Below, piece by piece: positions 1 to 6,857 of a stretch of 30,123 nucleotides of DNA. Source of the DNA: Thermoplasmata archaeon (lineage in GTDB: Archaea; Thermoplasmatota; SW-10-69-26; JACQPN01; JAJPHT01); contig JAXDQU010000049.1 of assembly GCA_034667685.1 (NCBI GenBank), positions 1 through 30,123 of the forward strand. Reading direction: 5' to 3'. Position 1 is the first letter of the stretch. The number at the start of each line of letters is the position of its first letter. Below the pieces are notes generated by a model, which saw only the letters and a program-made list of their open reading frames with translations, had not been told where the DNA came from and made no database searches. A program made the position numbers and the translations under genes.

Positions 1-72
1 TCTCTGGGAGCAGAGCACCCGGAGAGCCCAGAGTCCAGAGCCTGGAGCCCCAAGGCCAGAGTCCAGAGCCCG
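1..72. repeat. Heptamer tandem array (GAG[C/T]CCN x7); arm of a palindromic element cut by the window edge
   Basis: 24-72 reads GAGCCCA GAGTCCA GAGCCTG GAGCCCC AAGGCCA GAGTCCA GAGCCCG. 15-29 GCACCCGGAGAGCCC is identical to 5210-5224. 1-8 TCTCTGGG can pair with 18-25 CCCGGAGA. Confidence 0.85.
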
Positions 73-186
73 TCAACCCGTGGGCCCCAGGTCCCATGCT
101 CCCGTTTCGGGACCCGCCCGCAGGCGCGGGGGGTTATGGCGCCCAGGGGGCGAGGTCATCGCGTGCCCTCTGCCCCGCGCGCCCGG

Positions 187-3100
187 ATGCTCGCCCTCGC
201 GGCGGTGACGCTCCTCGGCCTCCCCCTCGTTGCCTCGCCCGCGGCCGCCCACGACCTCCCGCTCCCGGCGAGCGTGGGCGCGATCTTCGTCGACGCGCAG
301 GGGCGCGCCAGCGGCCAGAACCTCGCCGCCACGATCGACGAGGCGCAGGGCGCGCTGACCGGCTTCGCGAGCACGGCGGGCGGCGGCCTCTTCGACGCGG
401 TGCGCGTCGACGGGTTCGCGCAGGCGGAGAAGATCCAGGGCGTCGGCTCCTCCAGCGTCACGCTGGCCGGCTCGAACGCCATCCTCACGCTCACCGACAC
501 CGCGAGCACGATCCTCGCGATCCACGCGCTCGACGCGACGGAGATCCGCTACCAGCCCGCCTCCGGCACGCACGCGCTGCTCGTCACCGAGCGCCGCGGC
601 ATCGTCGAGCTGCGCCGCGACGACGGCGGCCTCGCCGGCACGCTGGTCGCGGTGGGCGACGACGGCGCGGCCTCGCGCGGCGAGATCCTCTCGATCGTCG
701 AGGGGACCATCGTCGTCTCCGCGAAGGCCGGCACCGAGCTGGTCTTCCTCGGCGGCGCGCAGGACACGCTCCACGACGCGCTCGTCGCGGGCCTCGCGGA
801 AGGCGCGCTCGCGGCGGCCTACGTCACGGGCTTCCAGGACGGCGCGACACGCGACGCGAGCCAAGACTTCGGCACCGCCGCCCGCGCGCTCACCTCCGGC
901 GCGGAAGGCGTCGTGCGGACGCGCGTCGCCGCGCCCGAGCCGGGCCAGACGCTCCTCGCCTACGACCTCGCCTACGAGACGCTCCCCGCCGCGGACGCGG
1001 GCCAGGTCGCGCTCTACCTCGACGGCGGCCTCGCGCTGCGCGTGGACAGCCCGAGCGAATTGCTATCTTACGCCGAGCGCCACGTCGCCGCCTACTTCGC
1101 GCAGGCGCGCGACGGGCGCGTGCAGGTCCTCGCCTCGGTCCCCGTCGACGCCAGCGGCCACGCGATCGAGCTGCGCGCCTCCGCCAGCGCCTCGACGCAG
1201 CAGCAGGCCCAGGCCGAGGATTCCGGCGATGCGTCGGGCCGCGCCTACGGCGGCTTCACGCTCGCGGACAACGGCAAGCTCACCGGGCGCTTCAGCACCA
1301 GCATCGTGCGCAAGGACGCGCTCCAGCTCTTCGGTTACACGGAGCTTTCTCCGCGCGCCGAGGCGTTCCGCAACGTGACGATCTCCGGCGGCGCGTCCGC
1401 CAGCGCGACCACCGACGGCCAGCGCTTCGAGCTCACCGGCGACGACGCGACGCTCCAGCTCGTGGACGACGCGCTCGCCACCCTCTCGCTCCAGGCGCGC
1501 AAGCCCGTCGAGGCCGTCTTCGAGCCCGGCGCCGACGCGCACGCGCGCCCGATCGACGCCCGCGTCGTGGCGCTCGAAGGCAGCGCCGGCCGCGTGGGCG
1601 ACCTCATCCTCGCCAGCGGCCAGGGCGCGCTCGACGTCGACGCGCAGGGCCGCATCGTGGCCCACCTCGGCGCCGGCAGCACGGTGATCTTCCGCGGCGC
1701 CACGCACACCTTCCCCTCCGACGACGCGCTCGCGCAGGCCATCGCGGCCGGGCGCGTGGGCGCGCAGGCCATCGCGGGCGTGCAGGACGCGGCGCTGGCG
1801 ACGAGCGCGATGAGCTATCACGCGCTCACCATGATCGGCGCCGACGCGCGCCACCAGGGCGAGGTCGACGTGAGCTACGCCGCGGGCACCGCGCAGGCGC
1901 AGGCGTTCGCCCTCGACGCGCGCGGCGCGAGCCTCGCGGCCAAGTCCTCGGCTGATATCACCGTCACGGTCGACGGCCTCCAGGCGGCGCAGACGCAGAC
2001 GCTCGCCGAGGCCCTCGCCGCCGGCGCGAGCGCCCGCTACTACGCCGAGACGGCAGCCGACGGCGCGCTCCGCGTCATCGTGAACACGGCCTCCGATGCG
2101 GGCCACGCCTCGAAGGTCGTCGTGTCCAGCCGCGTCGCCGCCGCCGCGCGCGCCGCATCCAACCTCGACGCCTTCGGCACGTTCCGCGTCTTCGACGACG
2201 GGAGCGCCGTGGGCAGCTTCGTCTCGCTCAAGGTCGACGCGGCCGCGGGCGCCATCAGCGGCTACACGCTCCTCGCCTCGGGCCAGCCCGTCTTCGCGAG
2301 CGTCGCGGCGGGCGGCTCCGCCTTCGCGGGACAGGGCCTCGACGGCGCCTCCGCGCTGCTCCTGGAGAGCCGCGAGGCGCGCTTCGAGATCACCGACACC
2401 ACCACCGGCTTCGCGAAGCTCACCGCCAAGTCCCCGACGCACGCGGCCTTCCGCCTCGCCAACGGCCTGCACGCCGAGAGCCGCGGCGCGGGCGTCGTCG
2501 AGGTCGTGACCGAGGGCGGCCGCGACGTGGGAAGCCTTGTCTTCAGCCAGGGCGCGAGCGCCGCGCAGACCGGCCAGGGCGAGGTCGCCGCGCAGCTCGC
2601 GCAGGGCGCGCAGGTCCTCTTCCGCGCGCACGTCGGCGTCGAGTCCGAGCTCTCCAGCGCGCAGCGCGCCATGATGGGGCAGGCCATCGCCGCCGGGCGC
2701 GTCGCGGGCGCCGTGCTCGTGCAGACCCAGCGCGGCCTCTCCACCGCCGCGCGCAACGCGCTCGAAAGCACCTCGAACGAGGCGCAGGACGTCGCCGTGG
2801 GCGCCGCGGAGCAGGGCTCCGGCGTCTTCACCAGCGCCGTCACCGCGAGCTACCGCGACGACGTGCAGATCGCCACCGCCGCCACGCAGGGGCGCGTCGA
2901 CGTCACCGTCGCCTCCAGCGCGAGCGCGGGCAAGACCATCCTCGTCTCCCTCGACCGGGCCACCATCCACGGCCTCGCGACGGGTGACGCGGACATCCTC
3001 TTCGACGGACAGCCCATCAAGGAGGCCTCCTCCTTCGCGGACGTCCTCGATCCCACCGACGACCACGGCCAGGCCGAGTACTTCGTCCTCGCGGGCGAGG

Positions 3101-3270
3101 CCGGCACGCAGGTGCTCGTGAGCATCCCGCACTTCAGCGTGCACACGGTCACGCTCAAGGAGCGCGCGAGCGAGCCCAGCGGCGCGTACATGTACGCCAC
3201 CTTCGCGCTCGCCGTCGTGGTCGCCGCCGAGAGCGTGATCCTCTACCGCCGCCGGCAGAGGAAGAGCTGA
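187..3270 (+). CDS. Large secreted, C-terminally membrane-anchored surface protein with three internal repeats (S-layer-like)
   Basis: ORF 136-3270; the ATG at 187 gives a signal peptide (MLALAAVTLLGLPLVASPAAA/H). The C-terminus has a TM helix plus basic tail (YATFALAVVVAAESVILYRRRQRKS) and a VSIPHFS motif. Ala/Gly/Ser/Thr rich with three homologous blocks. Confidence 0.75.
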   Translation: MLALAAVTLLGLPLVASPAAAHDLPLPASVGAIFVDAQGRASGQNLAATIDEAQGALTGFASTAGGGLFDAVRVDGFAQAEKIQGVGSSSVTLAGSNAILTLTDTASTILAIHALDATEIRYQPASGTHALLVTERRGIVELRRDDGGLAGTLVAVGDDGAASRGEILSIVEGTIVVSAKAGTELVFLGGAQDTLHDALVAGLAEGALAAAYVTGFQDGATRDASQDFGTAARALTSGAEGVVRTRVAAPEPGQTLLAYDLAYETLPAADAGQVALYLDGGLALRVDSPSELLSYAERHVAAYFAQARDGRVQVLASVPVDASGHAIELRASASASTQQQAQAEDSGDASGRAYGGFTLADNGKLTGRFSTSIVRKDALQLFGYTELSPRAEAFRNVTISGGASASATTDGQRFELTGDDATLQLVDDALATLSLQARKPVEAVFEPGADAHARPIDARVVALEGSAGRVGDLILASGQGALDVDAQGRIVAHLGAGSTVIFRGATHTFPSDDALAQAIAAGRVGAQAIAGVQDAALATSAMSYHALTMIGADARHQGEVDVSYAAGTAQAQAFALDARGASLAAKSSADITVTVDGLQAAQTQTLAEALAAGASARYYAETAADGALRVIVNTASDAGHASKVVVSSRVAAAARAASNLDAFGTFRVFDDGSAVGSFVSLKVDAAAGAISGYTLLASGQPVFASVAAGGSAFAGQGLDGASALLLESREARFEITDTTTGFAKLTAKSPTHAAFRLANGLHAESRGAGVVEVVTEGGRDVGSLVFSQGASAAQTGQGEVAAQLAQGAQVLFRAHVGVESELSSAQRAMMGQAIAAGRVAGAVLVQTQRGLSTAARNALESTSNEAQDVAVGAAEQGSGVFTSAVTASYRDDVQIATAATQGRVDVTVASSASAGKTILVSLDRATIHGLATGDADILFDGQPIKEASSFADVLDPTDDHGQAEYFVLAGEAGTQVLVSIPHFSVHTVTLKERASEPSGAYMYATFALAVVVAAESVILYRRRQRKS

Positions 3271-3303
3271 TCGAACTCATCGAGCCAACCAGGAGAACGG
3301 ACC

Positions 3304-3588
3304 ATGTCGAAGCTGACCAACGCCGACGCCCCCAACTGGGGCCTGTACGCCACCACGCCCAAGAAGAACATGGACGCGCGCAAGTCCATCAAGGTCAAGC
3401 TGCCCATCCGCCAGCACATCAAGCTCCACGCGCTGAAGCTCTTCACCGAGAAGAACATCAGCGAGACCGTGGAGAAGGCGCTCGACGCCTACTTCCGCGA
3501 GATGCGCCCCGAGGACGCGACGATGCTGGGCAAGATGGAGGCGAACCTCGCCAACGCGCCCGACGTCGCGCTCGACCTCGAAGAGTAA
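3304..3588 (+). CDS. Small ribbon-helix-helix-like DNA-binding protein
   Basis: AGGAGA RBS at 3291-3296. A beta-strand (KSIKVKLP) is followed by two helices (…HIKLHALK…, NISETVEKALDAYF), as in CopG/RHH folds. Strong coding-like codon usage. Confidence 0.6.
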   Translation: MSKLTNADAPNWGLYATTPKKNMDARKSIKVKLPIRQHIKLHALKLFTEKNISETVEKALDAYFREMRPEDATMLGKMEANLANAPDVALDLEE

Positions 3589-3601
3589 GATATCGTTTCT
3601 C

Positions 3602-3649
3602 GGCGCGCCGGGTTCGTGACCCCGCTCGGCGCGCCACTCATTTTTTTTT
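3602..3649 (+). terminator. GC hairpin followed by a T9 tract; probable terminator of the surface protein/RHH transcript
   Basis: GGCGCGCCG (3602-3610) and CGGCGCGCC (3627-3635) form an inverted repeat. TTTTTTTTT at 3641-3649 is the only long T run in the window. Confidence 0.65.
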
Positions 3650-3651
3650 GA

Positions 3652-3736
3652 GGCTCCGGGCTCTGGACTCAGGGCTGTAGGCTCTGGAGACATTCATGGC
3701 AGAGTCCTGAGCCCTGAGTCCAGAGCCTTGAGCCCC
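3652..3736. repeat. Empty heptamer palindromic element (inverted GAG[C/T]CCN arrays, ~12-nt loop)
   Basis: Left arm GGCTCCGGGCTCTGGACTCAGGGCTGTAGGCTCTGG (3652-3687) is the imperfect reverse complement of right arm CAGAGTCCTGAGCCCTGAGTCCAGAGCCTTGAGCC (3700-3734). Confidence 0.9.
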
Positions 3737-3753
3737 GCGAACGCAGAGCCGCG

Positions 3754-4047
3754 TCAGCAGCCCGACAGCATCGAGAAGCGGCCGTGGCACGTGTTGAACG
3801 CCAGGATGCCGATGCGCAGGACGACGTCGAGCACGATCAGGAGCGAGAGGCCGATGATCCCGCCGATGGCGATGTGGTCCTCCCTGCTCCAGAAGCCGAA
3901 CACCATCGTGGCGATGACGAGCAGGTAAGGCCACGCGCCGAGGCTGACGCCCGCCGCGACCGCGTAGGCCACCACGCCGATGAACGCCACGAGGCACGCC
4001 AGGGCGACGATGCTCTTCCAGGTGCCGTGGATCGTCAGCTGCGCCAT
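3754..4047 (-). CDS. Small integral membrane protein (about 3 TM helices), function unknown
   Basis: 97-aa hydrophobic ORF. AT-rich TTCAAATA on the minus strand ~25 bp upstream (about 4070-4077). Confidence 0.65.
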   Translation of the reverse strand: MAQLTIHGTWKSIVALACLVAFIGVVAYAVAAGVSLGAWPYLLVIATMVFGFWSREDHIAIGGIIGLSLLIVLDVVLRIGILAFNTCHGRFSMLSGC

Positions 4048-4101
4048 CGCGCCGCGATTCGGGCGGAGCTATTTGAAGGCTACCGCCCCATGCCCGGGTT
4101 T

Positions 4102-4141
4102 GGGCTCAGGACTCGGGACTCAGGGCTCGGGACTCTCCGGG
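4102..4141. repeat. Left heptamer arm flanking the four-helix-bundle gene
   Basis: GGGCTCA GGACTCG GGACTCA GGGCTCG GGACTCT CCGGG, the reverse-complement orientation of GAG[C/T]CCN. Confidence 0.9.
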
Positions 4142-4193
4142 CGTCGGTGCGCGCGGGGCAAAGGAGATGATGTGTGGAGAGGAGAGGCCGCCG

Positions 4194-4556
4194 ATGGGTC
4201 AGGCTCCTCACGAGAAGCTGCGCGCATACCAGAAGTCGCTGGAGGCCGCAGCGCTCCTGCGCGCGATCGCCCGCGCGATCCCCGCAGACCAGGCAGACCT
4301 CCGCGACGAGCTTCGCCGCGCGTCGACCTCTGTTGTCCTGAACCTGGCCGAGGGAGGCGACGAGTTCAGCCCCGCGGAGAAGGCGCGGTTCTACCGGATG
4401 TCGCGGCGGTCAGCGGGCGAATGCCTCGCCGTCCTCGATCTGCTCACCGTCGAAGGAATGGATCTGGACGCGACGCTTGCCAAGGATGCGTTGACCCACG
4501 TGATGGCGCTGACGACGACCCTGGTGCTCCGCGCGCTCTCGATGCGGGAGCCCTGA
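4194..4556 (+). CDS. Four helix bundle protein (23S rRNA intervening-sequence protein / Avd-like family)
   Basis: Family signature HEKLRAYQKS…LRDELRRASTSVVLNLAEG…EKARFYRMSRRSAGEC. GGAGAGG RBS at 4181-4187 favours the ATG at 4194 over 4167. Confidence 0.9.
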   Translation: MGQAPHEKLRAYQKSLEAAALLRAIARAIPADQADLRDELRRASTSVVLNLAEGGDEFSPAEKARFYRMSRRSAGECLAVLDLLTVEGMDLDATLAKDALTHVMALTTTLVLRALSMREP

Positions 4557-4581
4557 GCCCCGAGTCCAGAGCCCGTAGCCC
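4544..4581. repeat. Right heptamer arm flanking the four-helix-bundle gene; contains its stop codon
   Basis: GCG GGAGCCC TGAGCCC CGAGTCC AGAGCCC GTAGCCC. TGA at 4554-4556 ends the ORF. Confidence 0.9.
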
Positions 4582-4587
4582 CCCGGT

Positions 4588-5091
4588 TCACAGGTGCATG
4601 ACCGGTTCCTGCGTCGCGAACGCCTTACCCATGCGCTCGGCGGCGATGTTCTCGATGCCGCGGTACTCCAGGTCCACGATCTGGCCGTTGGCGCCCAGGA
4701 AGCGCACCTCGTAGCCGAAGCGCTGCGCGACGGCCTTGAAGAGGACGAACTTGGAGGTGTTCGCGTTGATGCCCTGCCACTTCGCCTCGATCACGTGCGG
4801 CGGGCCCGAGGCGATCAGGTGGTTGTAGAGGGGGCGGTTCCGGCCGCGCACGCCCACGAGGCGGTCGAGGTTGTAGACCTCGTTGACCTGCGGGTTGAGG
4901 TAGCGGTTGACCTCGTCCTTGGACAGGCCGCTCTTCTCCGCGATGGCGCGGAGCGTCTGCTTCTCGCCGGATTGGGCCATCTCGTTGAGCGCGTCGAGGA
5001 GGCGCAGCACGTCCCGCTCCAGCTTCTCCAGGGCGGGGTTGGCCCGGGGCTGCTGGCCTTCGGGCGCGGACGGCGCGTCGCTCATCATCAC
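4588..5091 (-). CDS. HTH-containing hypothetical protein
   Basis: TLRAIAEKSGLSKDEVNRYLN is a helix-turn-helix pattern. TTTATC box on the minus strand about 5110-5115. Start could be 5091, 5088 or 5085. Confidence 0.65.
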   Translation of the reverse strand: MMMSDAPSAPEGQQPRANPALEKLERDVLRLLDALNEMAQSGEKQTLRAIAEKSGLSKDEVNRYLNPQVNEVYNLDRLVGVRGRNRPLYNHLIASGPPHVIEAKWQGINANTSKFVLFKAVAQRFGYEVRFLGANGQIVDLEYRGIENIAAERMGKAFATQEPVMHL

Positions 5092-5160
5092 GGCTTACGC
5101 CGGGATTCTGATAAAGGTTGACACAGGGCCGGGGGTTGGTGGGGTGCCGCCCGCTGTCCC

Positions 5161-5284
5161 TTCAGGGCTCAAGGCTCTGGACTCAGGGCTCGGGGCTCCC
5201 GCTCGCTGTGCACCCGGAGAGCCCCGAGTCCTGAGCCCTGAGTCCAGAGCCCTGAAGCCATGAGCCCTGAAGGTCAGAGCCCCG
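5161..5284. repeat. Empty heptamer palindromic element with both inner-boundary motifs of the gene-containing copy
   Basis: 5161-5198 versus 5219-5256 is a 38-bp imperfect inverted repeat (6 mismatches by hand). Further degenerate units run to about 5284. Confidence 0.9.
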
Positions 5285-5296
5285 ATCGCCGAACCC

Positions 5297-5731
5297 TTAG
5301 TTCCGCGGCGGGCAACAGGCGCCGGCGGGGATCGGCTTCCCATCGACGCCGGTGGCCGGATGCCCCAGCAGCTCGCAGACCCAGCGCTCCATGGCCGGGG
5401 GGATGGCGTGCTCCATGCTGCACGCGGGGTCCTCCGCCTGGTCGGCCGGCACGCCCACGACGTCCACGAGGAAGCGCTCCAGGAGCCGGTGCTTGCGGAT
5501 CACGCCGCGGCCGATGGCGAGGCCGCTGGGCGAGAGCGACGCGCCGCGGTAGGGCTCGTAGTGGACGAACCCCGCGGCCGCGAGCTTCTGCACCATCTCG
5601 GTCGCGCTGGGCGGGCTGACCTTCCACTCGTGGGCAATGTCGCGCGTGCGTGCCAGCTCGCCCTGCTCGGTGAGAACGTAGATCGTCTCGAGGTACATCT
5701 CGACGTTCTCGGAGAGGGCGCGCTTCGCCAC
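5297..5731 (-). CDS. DtxR/MntR family metal-dependent transcriptional regulator
   Basis: SENVEMYLETIY…ARTRDIA…VSPPSATEMVQKL…YEPYRG…RKHRLLERFL…ACSMEH. GTG start at 5731 lies within the longer ORF 5297-6346. Confidence 0.92.
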   Translation of the reverse strand: MAKRALSENVEMYLETIYVLTEQGELARTRDIAHEWKVSPPSATEMVQKLAAAGFVHYEPYRGASLSPSGLAIGRGVIRKHRLLERFLVDVVGVPADQAEDPACSMEHAIPPAMERWVCELLGHPATGVDGKPIPAGACCPPRN

Positions 5732-5766
5732 GCTCGACGATGCGGCGTCCCTCCGAAAAGCCTTCG

Positions 5767-6417
5767 TCAGCGCGGGCCTTCGAGCGTGGGGCGCGCCCCG
5801 TAGCCGCTCTTGCCCAGCGCGCGGGCGAACGCCTCGCCGAAGCCATGCGCCGCGGCGCGCGCCCACTCGCGGTCGGCGCCCGGTCCGCGCACGTCGAGGT
5901 GGATGCGCACGAGGCTCGTCGGGCCAGGCACGTCCTCGAGCGCGCCGCGCGCCCGCACCTTGCCGCGTCCCGGAAGCGCGCGCGTGGCGCCGCGGAGCCC
6001 GTCGCGCGTCGCGGACCTCAAGACCGCCGGGGGCACCGAGTCGGGGATCTCCAGCTCGACGCGCGCGACGACGCGCTTGCCGGCGTCGGCGTCCAGCCAC
6101 GCGTGGTGGATCCCGATGCCGCCGTAGACGTAGGGCACGGGCGCGTTGGCCGGCTGCCAGACGAAGCCGTTGCCCTCGCGCCGGATCGTGGGCGTGGCGC
6201 TTCCGCCCAGAAGGGGCAGCGTGCCGCGGATGGCGTCCGGCGAATACGAGACGGCCGCGGACGTCACGACGAGGAGGACCACCCACGCCACGGCCAGCGG
6301 CGCCGGCACGCCGGCCACGCCGAACGCCACGTGCGCCAGCCACCACGCGCCCAGCGCGAGCCCCGCGAAGAACGTCGTCCGCGCCACGAGGGGAATCCAG
6401 GCCATCGCGCGCGCCAT
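5767..6417 (-). CDS. Hypothetical membrane protein (two N-terminal TM helices plus a soluble domain)
   Basis: The C-terminal 216 aa of ORF 5767-7938, from the ATG at 6417 (or 6405). It fills the gap between tatA and the DtxR gene. Confidence 0.55.
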   Translation of the reverse strand: MARAMAWIPLVARTTFFAGLALGAWWLAHVAFGVAGVPAPLAVAWVVLLVVTSAAVSYSPDAIRGTLPLLGGSATPTIRREGNGFVWQPANAPVPYVYGGIGIHHAWLDADAGKRVVARVELEIPDSVPPAVLRSATRDGLRGATRALPGRGKVRARGALEDVPGPTSLVRIHLDVRGPGADREWARAAAHGFGEAFARALGKSGYGARPTLEGPR

Positions 6418-6431
6418 CGGCCCACCGAGCC

Positions 6432-6827
6432 TCAACCGGGCGCGGAAGGTTCCGCCGGATCGTCCGCCTTGTCCTCGCCCGCGAGCCTCGCCGCGATGGC
6501 GGCCTTGAGGTCGAGCGTGTCGAGGCCCTGCGTCTGGAGGCCCAGCCCCTGGGCGCGCTTGAGCAGGTCCTCGTAGGGCGCGTCGTCCATCGCGCGGATG
6601 TAACGCTCGCGCTTCGCCTCGAACTCGGCTTGCCTGTCGTCGGCCCGATCCTGCGGCGTCGTGAACGCCTCGACGACCTGCCCGCGCGCGGAGTCGAGCT
6701 GCGCCTTCATTGCGCCCACGCGGCGCGCAAGCTCGGGCGCCTTGTCGGCCCCGAAGAGCACGACGAGCAGTACGAGGATGAGCGCGACCTCGGAGGGCCC
6801 GAGGTTGAGGAGCGCCAGGAGCACCAC
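6432..6827 (-). CDS. tatA: Twin-arginine translocase TatA/TatE family subunit
   Basis: LGPSEVALILVLLVVLFGADKAPELARRVG is a TM helix, FG hinge and amphipathic helix. A TATA-like CTATAT lies ~25 bp upstream on the minus strand. Confidence 0.8.
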   Translation of the reverse strand: MVLLALLNLGPSEVALILVLLVVLFGADKAPELARRVGAMKAQLDSARGQVVEAFTTPQDRADDRQAEFEAKRERYIRAMDDAPYEDLLKRAQGLGLQTQGLDTLDLKAAIAARLAGEDKADDPAEPSAPG

Positions 6828-6857
6828 GACCGGCTGAGCCCACCGCGCCGATATAGC

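Noticed and set aside
4194-4556. Diversity-generating retroelement (Avd-like gene)
   Set aside because: There is no reverse transcriptase in the window, and I found no TR/VR pair differing at adenines. The surface-protein repeats are divergent at the protein level only.
4050-4600. 23S rRNA intervening sequence
   Set aside because: The flanks are protein-coding genes and heptamer arrays, with no rRNA-like sequence.
3652-5256. Classical IS or transposon
   Set aside because: There is no transposase or recombinase ORF, and I could not identify a target-site duplication. It is kept only as a hypothesis in the findings.
3652-5284. CRISPR array or mini-array
   Set aside because: The units are 7-bp tandem repeats in inverted arms, not 25-40-bp direct repeats with unique regular spacers, and no cas genes are present.
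5095-5343. Short ORFs over the heptamer elements (SPES/LGTQ-type translations)
   Set aside because: They are low-complexity translations of the repeats with no independent coding evidence.
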